From the NCBI GenBank assembly GCA_963762145.1, contig CAVXJS010000009.1:800001-864000 (forward strand): a DNA stretch of 64,000 nucleotides, written 5' to 3'. Positions 28,591 to 39,610 of the stretch are shown piece by piece. The position numbers and the translations under genes are program-made. Numbering within the stretch: the first letter of the stretch is position 1; each line of letters starts with the position of its first letter. The notes beneath the pieces are model-generated. The model worked only from the letters and a program-made list of their open reading frames with translations, was not told the origin of the DNA and searched no databases. Source of the DNA: an uncultured Candidatus Rokubacteria bacterium (lineage in GTDB: Bacteria; Methylomirabilota; Methylomirabilia; Rokubacteriales; CSP1-6).

Positions 28591-29733
28591 TCACCATTGC
28601 CCGATCGAGGAGCGAGCGGAGCACCGGCGTCGAAGTGGGAGGCCGCAATCTCGCGCGCGGACGCGCATGGGCGGGCAACCGCGCCTCGATCTCTTCGAGC
28701 GCCGCGGGCGCCTCTCGGGCGAGGTGAAGGCGAGCAGACCTTCACCGGTCGGCAGCCATTGGTTGAAACCGGTGTCCTGGCGAACAACGGGGCGACCACT
28801 TGCGAGATAAGCCGCGCTGCGTTCGCTGAACCAGCCGCAGCGGCTCGTCACATAGCCGTGCTTGGCCACGCTGAATTCGCCCTTGAGAACGCCGGATGTA
28901 GCTGCTGGTAAGCCCACGGATCGCGGCGTCGTTGAGCGGATCGCGCAGGCGCCAACCGTTTTCGCGAAGCTGGGCGCGGGGGGCCGGTCCGCCGCCCACC
29001 GCCAGCTCGAAACGCCGCCTCGCGAGCGCGCCGGAAGTCCAGGTAGATGCGAAAGAGTCCGACTTCATCCCGAAGCGCCGCCCGCATGTATTCCGCGCGG
29101 GGTAGCTATCCCACTGCATCACGGTCGTGAACGGGCGTCGGCGGGGCCGGGCGTTACGGCCAGGCGTCGAGGACAATCGGCTGGCGCGTGGCTTGCCACG
29201 GCAAGCCATCGTCCGGTAATTCACATCCGGCGGAACCGATGTTCAGCCGAAGGTAAAGAAACGATTGTGTCTTTCGGCAAGTGTCTTCCGGACGGGGTCG
29301 GTGAGGTGGCGGATCTGGGTGAACAGCGGATCGGTATCTATCGACGCGCACCGGGACATCGTCGAACCATGGTCTAGCGGCGTGTGAGCCGGAGAGGTTC
29401 ATCAAAAGATCCGCCCCGGAGATGATCTCCCTGATCTGTGTTGCGGCCGGGCCATGCCAACGATGGCTATGAGCATCGTAGTACGCCCAGCACTCGCCCA
29501 GACCGACGCGTTCGAAGCAGTCGGCCGCAAATTTCAGGCCGTAGGTGGGGTTCTGGTCGGTGACACCGCGGGTGGGGTCATAGCAACAGTATTCCGTGTC
29601 GCCGCTGTCTTCGAGAAACCATACGTCGTGACCGAGTTCGCGCAGGCCCATTAGATATTGGAGATGGTGCCAGGCCATGCCACCCATCGGGCCGCGAACC
29701 AGATAGCCCAGCACCAGAATGCGCAGGGAGCAT
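28591..29733 (-). CDS. Putative GT-B-fold glycosyltransferase, paralog B (frameshifted)
   Basis: GPMGGMAWHHLQYLMGLRELGHDVWFLEDSG; GEFSVAKHGYV..GWFSERSAAYLASGRPVVRQDTGF. Confidence 0.7.
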
Positions 29734-29739
29734 GATCTC

Positions 29740-30882
29740 TTAAATCCCGATCTCATTGAGAAATTTTGTAGGATAACCTCGGCATCGAGGTACTCGCAGG
29801 CGATTTCCCGGGCTTTCCTTGAGTGGCGGTCGTAGTCGCCCTCGATCTCGTCCAGGGCGGCGGCAGCTTCCTCGACGTACGGACGGCGAAGAGCCCCTCG
29901 CCCACCGGCAGATGCCGGCTGAAACCGGTCTCCTGCAACACGACCGGCCGCCCGCCGCCAAGTAGGCGGCGCTGCGGTCGCTGAACCATCCGCTATCCGT
30001 CGCCACGAACACGTTCTTGCACACGCTGAACTCGCCCCGGGAGGCTACGGATATAGTCAAGGTAGGCGTCGTAGGAGACGGTGACATCGTGAGCATCGCG
30101 CGCGTGCCGGAGCCAGCCAGCCTCGGCCGCAGCCATCGGGACCTTCAGCCCCGGCGACGGCGAGCTCAGCGGACGCGCACGTGCGGCGGCAGGTCCATGA
30201 ACCGCGCGAACTCGACGTCCTTCTGCCCGTAAGTCCCGACCGTCGAAGCGATCGATCGGGTGGGCGCTGCCAGTTCATGACGGTGGTGAACGGGGCATCG
30301 GCGGCGGCGGAGGCGGTCGAACAGATCCGGGACGACCGGGTTGAACACCTGGCGCCAGGATCCTCCCGGCGCTCGGCGCGGTGCTCGCGGCGTGCCGACG
30401 TTCTGGCCCGATCGTGTAGTGAAGTCGTACTCGCGGCACCTCGCCCGAGGCGAGATGCTGCTCCACTTCATCTGGGTGAACCCCGGCTCGCCTCCACTAG
30501 CACCGCGAGCCTGGCCGTCGCGGCCTCCCGCAGCCAGGACCCGTGCGTCCCAGGTCGACGAACAGATCGGCGGAGCGGAACACCGCCTTGATCTCGCCGC
30601 GAGCCAGCCCGTGGTACTGCCCCGCCGCGTCCACGTAGCACCACCGGCTCGCTCGAGCCCGAAGCGCTCGAGCAGATCGTGGACGCACGGCACGCCGAAC
30701 GTGCAGTCGTCGCCCATGACGTTGCCGACCGGATCGAAGCACGAGTTCGGGTAGCCGCTCTTCTCGACCAAGTAGACGTCGTGCCCGAGCCGGTGGAACC
30801 CGACGAGCCACTGCAGCACCCAGGACAGATTACCGCCAAGCGGGTAGCGGACCATGTACGAGCCGAGAACGATCCGCGCCAC
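29740..30882 (-). CDS. Putative GT-B-fold glycosyltransferase, paralog C (frameshifted)
   Basis: YPLGGNLSWVLQWLVGFHRLGHDVYLVEKSG; YGQKDVEF; GEFSVCKNVFVATDSGWFSDRSAAYLA. Confidence 0.7.
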
Positions 30883-30886
30883 CCGA

Positions 30887-31775
30887 CTAGACTGCCTTCC
30901 CGCTCGTGTCGAGCGACGCCAGGACCTCGTGTTCGAGAGTACGGAGCGTCTCCACCGATCGACGTCGACATTCGGCGCGCGAGCCCTTGCGCCTCGCGGG
31001 TCAGGCAGTAGTCGAGGGCCCGTGCGAGCGCGTCATCGGTGAGCGACTCGGCCGCGAGAAGAACGGGCCATCCAATCGCCCCCGCCTGGCGCCGAAGCTT
31101 TGCCCCTCCGGCGATCGGATCGACAGCGACGGGCGGTACTCCGTGCTTGATCGCGAGGACAAGGCCGTGGAGGCGCGTGGTGACGACGGCGTCCATCCGG
31201 GCGACGAGCGACTCCACCTGGGCAGTGGTCCTCAGCCCGGTCGCGTTGACATCCAACCGGGTGTCAATGCGCACCACCACCACGTCTTGCCCGGCGATCA
31301 CGCGGTGGATGGCGGCGTCCACCGCGCCGTGAAGTCCGCCGTGGTACTCTTTCTGCGGGTGTACGAGGATCACTCCTACGAGCGGAACCATCGCCGACTT
31401 CGCCAGAAAGGTAAGATCCGGCCGCGCCCCTTCCGAGCTGTCCCGCGCGAAGAGCGCGTGAAAAGGGTTCCAGGTATCGAGCGGCGCGAGCATCGAGAGG
31501 TTGAGCCCGACGAGGCGGCTTCGCGCGAAGCGGGCGAGAAAGTCGGTGAGAGGCCAACCGTTGCCGAAGGGGCCACACACGAAGATCACGTGCGTGTACC
31601 GCTCCGGGTCGGCGGCGCGCCAGTCGACACCTCCCGGGAACGGGGGAGCGTGGGCGACGTCGTAGGGGTGACCCGCCCGCTCGAGCCAGGAGCAGGCGAC
31701 GTCCCGGGCGAGCAGGTCACCGGCGGTGGCGCCCATGTTTTCGAAGCTGAACCAGCCCGCGACGAGTGTTCTCAC
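30887..31775 (-). CDS. Polysaccharide pyruvyl transferase family protein (3' end approximate)
   Basis: GWFSFENMGATAGD, VVTTRLHGLVLAIKHGVP. Confidence 0.7.
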
Positions 31776-31799
31776 CGAGGAGCTCGCGCGAGACGGTCC

Positions 31800-32905
31800 T
31801 CATCCGGCCAACTCCACGACTCGCGTTGTGACGCGGCGCGCATCGAAGTGCTCCTCGGCTAGCACGCGGGCAAGGGTCGACTGGTGCGCGTAGTCGTCGA
31901 TGGCGCGCTGCAAGAGGACCCCGGCCTCATCACAACCGCGGAAGCGGAGGAGGCCGGCGTCGTCAGGGAGAGTACCGAGCTCGGGCCCGTGTATTCGACC
32001 ACCGCCGGCTTGCCGCTGGCCAGGTAGCACAGCGTGCGATCGCTGATCCAGGCGTTTCCGAGGCGCGTGTACGCCGGTTTGGCGCAGCTGAACTCGCCCA
32101 GGGAATTCTGCACGTAGCGCTGGTAGTCCCACGGGGTGCCGGCCACGACCTGCGCGTCGCGGACCCGCCAGCCGCGGGCCTGCAGGAGCCGCGCCTGCGG
32201 GTCGTCGACGGGGAGGTCGAGAGCCAGCTCGAGCGGACGCGCCGCGCTGCGCGGGAGGTCGAGGAGAGGGAGGAAGCCGCTCCGCTTGTCGTCCGAGGTC
32301 TCGTCGGTGTCGATCCACCCACCCGCGTACCAGTGCGCCACGGTCGTGAAGGATGCTCCCGCGGGTGCCGGGCGAGGCGACCACCAATCGAGATTCACGC
32401 ACGGTGGCACGTGGTGCCAGGTTCTGGCTGGATCGCGCACCTGCTCGCCGATCGTGAAATAGACGTCGTGGTCTGCGACGTCGATGAGGCCCTTCGCGAT
32501 CCAGATCTGGAGCAGGCCGGGGTCGATATCGATGAGCGCGGAGCGTCGGAAGCGACTCACCACCTCGCGCGCGAGGCTGTAGCGGAAGTTGACCAGGAGC
32601 CCAGCCTCCGCGGCCGCGGCCAGGTCGAGGCAACTCGCCGCGACCGCCGCCGGCACGTGGTTGCCGGGCGCCGCGTAGAGGGCGAGCGTCTCGGCAAGCC
32701 CATACGGTCGCAGGCGATCCTTGAGCGCCTCCGTGAGGCCGTGGATCCTCTCCGCGCCGAGGCCGGCCGGAATCCCCTCGAGCCAGACGATATCGTAACC
32801 GGCGGCTCGAAGGCCGAGCGCCCAGTTCAGGAAGATCCAGAGGTAGCCGCCGCCGTTCGGATAGGGCAGACACGAGCGCGGGGCCAGACAGACGGTGAGG
32901 CTCAT
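31800..32905 (-). CDS. Putative GT-B-fold glycosyltransferase, paralog D (divergent; frameshift near the 3' end)
   Basis: YPNGGGYLWIFLNWALGL..GYDIVWLE; GEFSCAKPAY..WISDRTLCYLASGKPAVV. Confidence 0.7.
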
Positions 32906-33827
32906 GCGGCCGCCCGGCGCGCGGCCACGACGCGCCGGAGACGCCTCCGGGAGACCCACGAACTCTCTTTGAAGCCGGCGGCGCCAGACCCGCAGCCAGC
33001 TCGGGATGAACGCGGCGTAGCAGCGGACCCGCTCTCGGAAGTCGAGAGGGGCACGCTTGATCGCGACGAGGTGGTGGGCGAAGAGCGTCCAATACTCCAG
33101 AATGACGCGCGCGCCGCTCCCCGGCTTCTGCCACTCGGCGACCGCCGCGAGCGTGGGATTGGCTCGGCGGGACACCTCCGGGTGGTAGCGCTTGAGAAAG
33201 AGGAATTCCTGTACCTCGCGGAACTCGCCGAGCAGCGCGGAGCTCGGCGAGAATCACGTAGTCGGGAGACAGGATCGGGAGGTTCCCGCGCGTGCGCCGG
33301 AGCGCGCTCGTCCGGATGAGCCCGAAGAGAGAGGTGCCCATGGTCGGTGGATTCCGGACAAGCCGCCTGAGCCGCTCGTGCGGTGTCGATTCGCACAAAT
33401 CGAGGCCGTCCCAGTGATCCCAGAGGACGGCCCCGTGCTCGTCGATGACCCGGCTGCGGGGATAGACGAGCACGACCGCGGGCATCACGGAACGAAAGGT
33501 CTCGACGCATCGCTCGAGGAAGGTCGGCGCGCAGAGGTCGTCGTGAGAGGCCCACTTGAAGAACTCGCCCCTCGCGAGGTCGAGGACCTGGTTGTGGTTC
33601 CGGGCCGCGCCCTGATTGAACGGGTTGCGCCGATATCGGACCCGCGCGTCGAGGCTGGCCCGATCACGGCAGATCTCCTCGGTCATGTCCGTCGACGCGT
33701 TGTCCGAGATGATCAGCTCGAAGTCGGCGAAAGTCTGGGCGAGCATCGAGTCGATCGCCTCGACGAGGAACCTCTCGCCGTTGTACACGGGCAGGCCGAT
33801 GCTTACGAGCGTCGACGGGCTTGTCAC
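32902..33827 (-). CDS. GT2 glycosyltransferase (frameshift ~33235)
   Basis: VSIGLPVYNGERFL, ELIISDNASTD, FKWASHDD. Confidence 0.82.
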
Positions 33828-36365
33828 GCGCCTTGTCTCGGCCGGACCGATTCGAGGGCCTCGAGGGTGACGGCGGTAGCCACGCCGCAGTCCACCACGG
33901 TCCGCACGACAAGGAAACCGGAGGTGGAGGCGAGCGCCGCGGCGCGGCCCACGCTCCGTCGACCCCGGCCAAGGCCGCGAGCGACGCGAATAGGAGCGCG
34001 AGCGTCGCGACGCCGCGCGAACAACGGGGCCACGACCGGAATCTCACGTACTGGGTGCCGGCGCCGTGGTCCTCGACCGCCATCAGGAGGCGGACCACCC
34101 CGAAAGACCCTCCCGGAATCTGGAGATCCCAGCGGTCGTAATCGCCGCCGCGCCGCCGTGACGCCTTCCGGAGCAGCGCCGACTCGATCGACCGAAGCCG
34201 CCGCTCGGGCTCCTCCCAGTTCGGAGTCCAGAGGCCCCGCCCGGGGCCACGGCATCGAGAATCAGCGGCCCGGGCGCGCCGCCACGGCGTGAGGCCCCGG
34301 CTCAGGCGGCCATGGAGGCGGGCGAGCGGCTGCAGCAAGTGGAGCACGGTGGTCAGCGCATACGCGGAAGCCGGGCACGGCGGATCGAGGTGCGTCGGCG
34401 AACCGCGCCCGCCCGGCGCGCGTCCGCGCCTGGACCACGAGCGTGCCGACTGCGAAAGCGAGGAGGGGCAGGGCGAGCAGCAGCGGCGCCCACAACGAGC
34501 CCGAGCAGTGAAACGGCGGCCAGGCCGAGCGATGCAGCAGGTACCACTCCGGCATATGAGGCAGCGAGCGAGCAGGCCTGACTGCCGGCTGGTACAGGGA
34601 CTGGAACGGCGCGCTGCCCCAGATGCCGTGGTAGATGCGGCGCCGCGTCCGCGCGAGAAGCGGCGCGGGTCCGTTGCCGTACATGCGCCCGGCCCAGGCG
34701 CAGGTGGCCGACGCGCGTTGTATTTCTCCGGCCACTTCCGCTCGAGCATCGCCTCGGCCTCGCCGTAGCCGAGCTGCTGCTGCCAGTACGCGCGGACCGT
34801 GCTGCGGCGGTGGTGCCAGACGATCGCGCCGGGGCTGAAGCCGAGCGTCCAGCCGCGCTCCTGCAGCCGCCAGCAGACGTCGACGTCGTCGCCGGCGGTG
34901 CGGAACTGCGGGTCGAACCCGCCGATCGCCTCGCAGCGCCGTCCTTGCGGAACGCCATGTTGCAGCCGGGGATGTGCTCGGCCTCCGTGTCGGAGAGCAG
35001 CACGTGGATCGGGCCGCCGGGCGCGTTGGCGACGCAGTCGGCGATCAGGCCGTCGCCGGGCGGCGGCGATGTTCGGCCCGCCGACGCCGGCGTGCGTCGT
35101 GCGTCATGAAGGTGCGCGGCGAGGTAGGTGCAGCCAGTGCGGATCGGGGTAGGCGTCGTCGTCGATGTAGGCGACGATCTCGCCGCGTCGCCGCCTCGCA
35201 GCCCGGTGTTGCGGGCGGTGCTCAGGCCCGCGGTTCTCGGTGCTGATCAGGCGGAACGCCGTACTCCCTGCGCGATCGCGGCCGTGTGCGTCGGTCGAGC
35301 CGTCGTCGACGACGATCACCTCGAAGTCCGGGTAGTCCAGCTGCTGCAGCCCGTCGAGGCAGTCGCGGATGCGTGCGCGCGCCGTTGTAGCTGCAGACGA
35401 CGACCGAGATGCGCGGCCAGCGCCGGTCCGGCGGGAACGGCACCTCGGCGAAGGCGCTCGCGCACCGCGGCCAGCGCCGGCTTGGGCGCCGCTCGCGGTC
35501 GGTGAGGCCGAAGTCCCAGTCGTCGACGTCGGCGCCGCCGCGGTACCACTCGTCGGTCCAGGAGAACACGAACGCGCCGGCGCAGCCGGCCGCGAACGCG
35601 GTGCGCACCTGCCAGTCGAGCGACTCGCCTGCGCGTCCTCGCCGTTGCGGAGGCTGTCGAGCCCGAGCTCGCCCATGAGCAGCGGCCGATCGCCGGCGAG
35701 GTTCTGCAGCCGCGCAGGTAGGCCGTCGAGCCGCTCCGGCGCTCGAGGTAGACGTTGAAGCAGACGAAGTCGAGGAACGGCAGGTCGCAGGTACTCGGTG
35801 GACGGGTAGTTGACGTAGGTGACCAGTCCCGTCCGGGTCTTCGCTCCTTGACGACCCGATCCAGGCGCTCGAGGAAGCGCTCGACGCGCCGCGCCCGTGC
35901 CAGCGCACGACGCGGCGCCGGGATCTCGTTGCCGATCGCGTAGCAGAGCAGGGCCGGATGCCCGCGCACGCGCGCACCTTGCGCGCACCGCGCCTCGATG
36001 TCCGGCGCGTCGTGCCGGTCGTCGAGGAACGCGACGTGCTGCTCCCCCGACAGGCCCACCATCACCCGCAGCGCCGTGGCGCTGCGCGATGTCGAGCAGC
36101 GAGCGCGGCGGCATGGTGTAGGATGCGCACGGCGTTGATGCCGTTCGTCGGCCATCGCGGCGAAGTCCCGCTCGATCTGCTGGGCGTCGTGGTATTCCGC
36201 GCCGTCGGCCGTCGGACGGAACGCGCCGTAGGTGACGCCGCGGATCCAGAGCTTCTCGTCGCCAACGTAGAGAAACTTTCCGCGGACGGAGGGCCGGACG
36301 GCATGCTGGGGCGAGGGCGCGGTTGGGCCGCTCCGCGATCCGAGATGTAGAGCCTTTGAACCCAT
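33824..36365 (-). CDS. Fusion of a clan GH-A (GH2-like) TIM barrel, a GT2 domain and TM helices (many frameshifts)
   Basis: GKFLYVGDEKLWIRGVTYG, CYAIGNEIP, MGELGLD, FSWTDEW; then ISVVVCSYNG, VVDDGSTD, YIDDDA, GCNMAFR, GDDVDVCWR; hydrophobic C-terminus. Confidence 0.75.
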
Positions 36366-36550
36366 TTCAGATTAAACCCGGAACGAGCACAAGGTCAGGG
36401 AAAATGTGGAAATAGTCAAGGGCCTAAAATCAATATGTTACGACGGCATGCGCCGCCACCCCGGGAACTCAAGTTCCTTGATTGGTGAATCTGGTTGCTC
36501 AGCTGTGACAGAATCGCCCACCGAGTGAGCACGCCGGGGGGAGCCTATCG

Positions 36551-37264
36551 ATGAGCAACGGTAATGGGATCCTGCCGGGCAGGCGTATCGTACTGACGGG
36601 CGTCAGCCGTGGGATCGGGCTGGCGGTCGCGAGGCGATTGCTGGAGGAAGGGGCGGAGCTACTGGGAGTCGGCCGCACTCTCTCCCACCTGGCCCGGGCC
36701 CAGGTCGAACTGGCCCGGTTCGGCTCCGCGCTTCAGTTGTTGCGTGCAGACGTGAGCACACCGGAGTCGGCCGAGTCGATTACGCGCGCGGTGGAGCAGC
36801 GCTGGGGGGCGCTCGACCTGCTCATCAACAACGCCGCCATCATGATTCGATCGCGATCATTCGAGGCGGAGGGGCCTTCGGATCTCGCGACAACCCTGGC
36901 GACGAATCTCCTTGCGCCTCATCGCCTCATCCTCGCGCTCTTGCCGCTCCTGCGACGAGGAAACCTGCCTCGCATCATCAACGTCTCCTCGGCGGCGGGC
37001 ATGCTGGCGGACCGCGGAAGCGACTTTCCGTCCTACCGCCTCTCCAAGCTGGCCCTCAACCGACTGACCCTGCTGCTGGCCGACCAGCTGAAGGGTGAGG
37101 TATCCGTGCTGGCGCTCGATCCGGGCTGGGTGAAGACCGAGATGGGAGGTGACGACGCGCCCGACGAGGTTGAAGCCGCGGCGGAGAGAACGGTCGCCGC
37201 GGTCGTCGCATCCCCTTCGCTCAGCGGGAAATTTCTCAAAGGTGCGACCGAGATGCCGTGGTAG
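36551..37264 (+). CDS. SDR family oxidoreductase
   Basis: TGVSRGIG, NNAA, YRLSK, PGWVKTEM. Confidence 0.88.
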   Translation: MSNGNGILPGRRIVLTGVSRGIGLAVARRLLEEGAELLGVGRTLSHLARAQVELARFGSALQLLRADVSTPESAESITRAVEQRWGALDLLINNAAIMIRSRSFEAEGPSDLATTLATNLLAPHRLILALLPLLRRGNLPRIINVSSAAGMLADRGSDFPSYRLSKLALNRLTLLLADQLKGEVSVLALDPGWVKTEMGGDDAPDEVEAAAERTVAAVVASPSLSGKFLKGATEMPW

Positions 37265-37274
37265 TAGAAAGTCC

Positions 37275-38153
37275 ATGCAGCGACCGGCGCTCCGGGCCCC
37301 CGATCTCAGCGTCATCATCCCCTGCCGGAACATGGGCACGACCATCGGCGCTCAGCTCGAGGCCCTGGCTCAACAGGCTTGGTCGCAGCCGTGGGAAGTC
37401 ATCGTCTCCGACAATGGATCGAAGGATGACTCGGTCCAGGTCGTGCAGCGATACGCGGCCCGGTTGCCTCAATTGCGGCTCGTGTACTCATCCGACCGGC
37501 TTGGCGCCGCCCACGCGCGCAACGTCGGCGCCCGGGCCGCTACCGCACCCGCTCTGGCCTTCTGCGACGCGGACGACGAGGTGGGGACGGGTTGGCTGGC
37601 GGCGATGGGTAACGCACTTGCCCGGCACGATTTCGTTGCGTGCCGCCTCGACACCGGGACACTTAATCGGGAGTGGGTGCGCCATCCACAGGAGTACGGT
37701 CTCCAGGAGCTGTGGTATCCACCGTATCTCCCGGTGGCCGGGACGTGCGGCCTGGGTGTGAAACGCTGCCTGCACGAGGCGGTGGGAGGATTCGACACAT
37801 CACTGCGGCGCCTCATGGACACGGACTACTGCGTGAGGATGCAGCTGAGGGGCACTCCGCTCGTATTCGTGGCTGATGCCGTCGTCCACTACCGTCACCG
37901 TGGAGGCACCGGCATGACGTTCCAGCAGGCGCGCCTATGGGCGGAGCACAACGTGCTCATGTACAAACGCTACCGCGGGAGCCTGAGAGTGGCCCAGCCC
38001 TGGAAGCGGTACCTGATGGGTTGGCCGCGGTTGCTCCGGAGGTTGGCTGCGATTCGCCGAGAACAGGACCTGTACGAAGCAATCGGGAAACTGGGCTGGC
38101 AGCTGGGCCTACTCGTGGGCAGCCTGAAGCACAGAACCGCTCCGGTGCCCTGA
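37275..38153 (+). CDS. GT2 glycosyltransferase
   Basis: LSVIIPCRN, VSDNGSKD, ARNVG, FCDADD, VGGFD. Confidence 0.88.
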   Translation: MQRPALRAPDLSVIIPCRNMGTTIGAQLEALAQQAWSQPWEVIVSDNGSKDDSVQVVQRYAARLPQLRLVYSSDRLGAAHARNVGARAATAPALAFCDADDEVGTGWLAAMGNALARHDFVACRLDTGTLNREWVRHPQEYGLQELWYPPYLPVAGTCGLGVKRCLHEAVGGFDTSLRRLMDTDYCVRMQLRGTPLVFVADAVVHYRHRGGTGMTFQQARLWAEHNVLMYKRYRGSLRVAQPWKRYLMGWPRLLRRLAAIRREQDLYEAIGKLGWQLGLLVGSLKHRTAPVP

Positions 38154-38175
38154 CCGGTCATCAGAGGACGAGCAA

Positions 38176-39177
38176 ATGGATCGCAGGGTCCAGCCCCTGG
38201 TCAGTGTGATCACACCGGTCTACAACAGCGAGCGATACTTGCCGGAATGCATCGACAGTGTGCTGGCACAGACTTATGGTCACTGGGAGTACGTGATCGT
38301 CGACAATCGCAGCACCGACCGTTCTCTGGAGATCGCCGAGGGGTACGCACGGCGCGACGCGCGGATCCGCGTCCATCGAAACGCGCAGTTCATCAGCGTC
38401 TGGCAGAATCACCACGTCGGGTTCCGACAGATGGCCCGGGAGAGCACGTACTGCAAAGTGGTGCATGCGGACGATTGGTTGTTCGCCGACTGCATCCGAC
38501 AGATGGTCACGGTCGGGGAAGACCATCCGTCGATCGGGATGGTCGGTGCCTACCGTCTCGACGGTGAATGGGTCGATCTGGGCGGTCTCCCATACCCGAG
38601 CACGATCACGCCCGGCCAGGATATTTGCCGCCGGACGCTGCTGCGGTGGGCCTACGCGTTCGGGTCGCCGAGCTCGCTACTCATCCGGGCCGATTGCATT
38701 CGGGGGCGGGAGGACTTCTACGATGAAGGACGCTTCCCTCGGCACGCGGACCTGGCAGCGTGCTACGAAACCTTGCAAAGGTGGGACTTCGGCTTGTCCA
38801 CCAGAGTTCTGACGTACATCCGGAGGCCTGTCGAAGCGCTGACCTCCTTCAATCGGATGGTCAACAGCCACTTGGCCGAGGGCGTGGCGATGCTGAGGCA
38901 GTATGGTCCGGTCTTTCTGGATCGGGCGGAGTGTGAGCAGAGTCTGGATCAGTGGATGAAGTCGTATCGACGATTTCTGGGCAGGAGCATGCTGCGGCGA
39001 CACGGCAAGCCATTCTGGGACTATCACCGAGCGATGCTGGACACCCTGGGCTGCCACCACAGTCGGGCCAGACTCCTGGGGGCTTTGCTTTCTGACGCGC
39101 TTGATGCCGTGGTGTCTCCCGCGAGAGCCGTGTGCAGGAGGCTCGTGTCTGGCAAGACTCCGGCTCGCAACCCTTGA
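38176..39177 (+). CDS. GT2 glycosyltransferase
   Basis: VSVITPVYNSERYL, IVDNRSTD, VHADD. Confidence 0.88.
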   Translation: MDRRVQPLVSVITPVYNSERYLPECIDSVLAQTYGHWEYVIVDNRSTDRSLEIAEGYARRDARIRVHRNAQFISVWQNHHVGFRQMARESTYCKVVHADDWLFADCIRQMVTVGEDHPSIGMVGAYRLDGEWVDLGGLPYPSTITPGQDICRRTLLRWAYAFGSPSSLLIRADCIRGREDFYDEGRFPRHADLAACYETLQRWDFGLSTRVLTYIRRPVEALTSFNRMVNSHLAEGVAMLRQYGPVFLDRAECEQSLDQWMKSYRRFLGRSMLRRHGKPFWDYHRAMLDTLGCHHSRARLLGALLSDALDAVVSPARAVCRRLVSGKTPARNP

Positions 39178-39610
39178 AGCCGGCGAACGGAACCGCCGCT
39201 CTCAAGACGCTTCTCAAGGTCCTCGGCGTGAGTGTTGTCATCTTAGCTGTCGCCGAATCGGCAGTACGGTTGGCCTATTACGTCAGGAACTCCATGGTGG
39301 ATACGTCCCCCTTCCGTATATGCTTCCGCGCGCGGAGGGGCCGATCCCTCCGTGGCGCGATCAACTCTCGATCATGGCCCGTGATGACGTCATTCTGCGG
39401 AAGTACAAGCCCCATAGCCGGCGAAAGTACCTGAGCATCTTCGGTCCGGCTGACAGCGTCGAGCTGCTCCGCGCCATCTTTCGCGAATTCATTCCGAGCG
39501 CCCGCCCGGCCTGGCGACCGGACCCGTATGGGAAACGTCCTTGAACGCTGACGGATTCCGCGATGACGAGTTCGTGCGCGAGAAGCCGCCGACCGCCTTT
39601 CGGATCAGCG
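39174..39610 (+). pseudogene. 5' fragment of a membrane-anchored SGNH/GDSL-like protein truncated by the IS end
   Basis: N-terminal TM ending AESAVRL, then LNADGFRDDEFVREKPPTAFRI, which normally precedes the GDS motif; stops at the IS boundary. Confidence 0.6.

Noticed and set aside
36483-36499. sigma54 promoter upstream of the SDR gene
   Set aside because: GG-to-GC spacing is 11 nt, not the required 10
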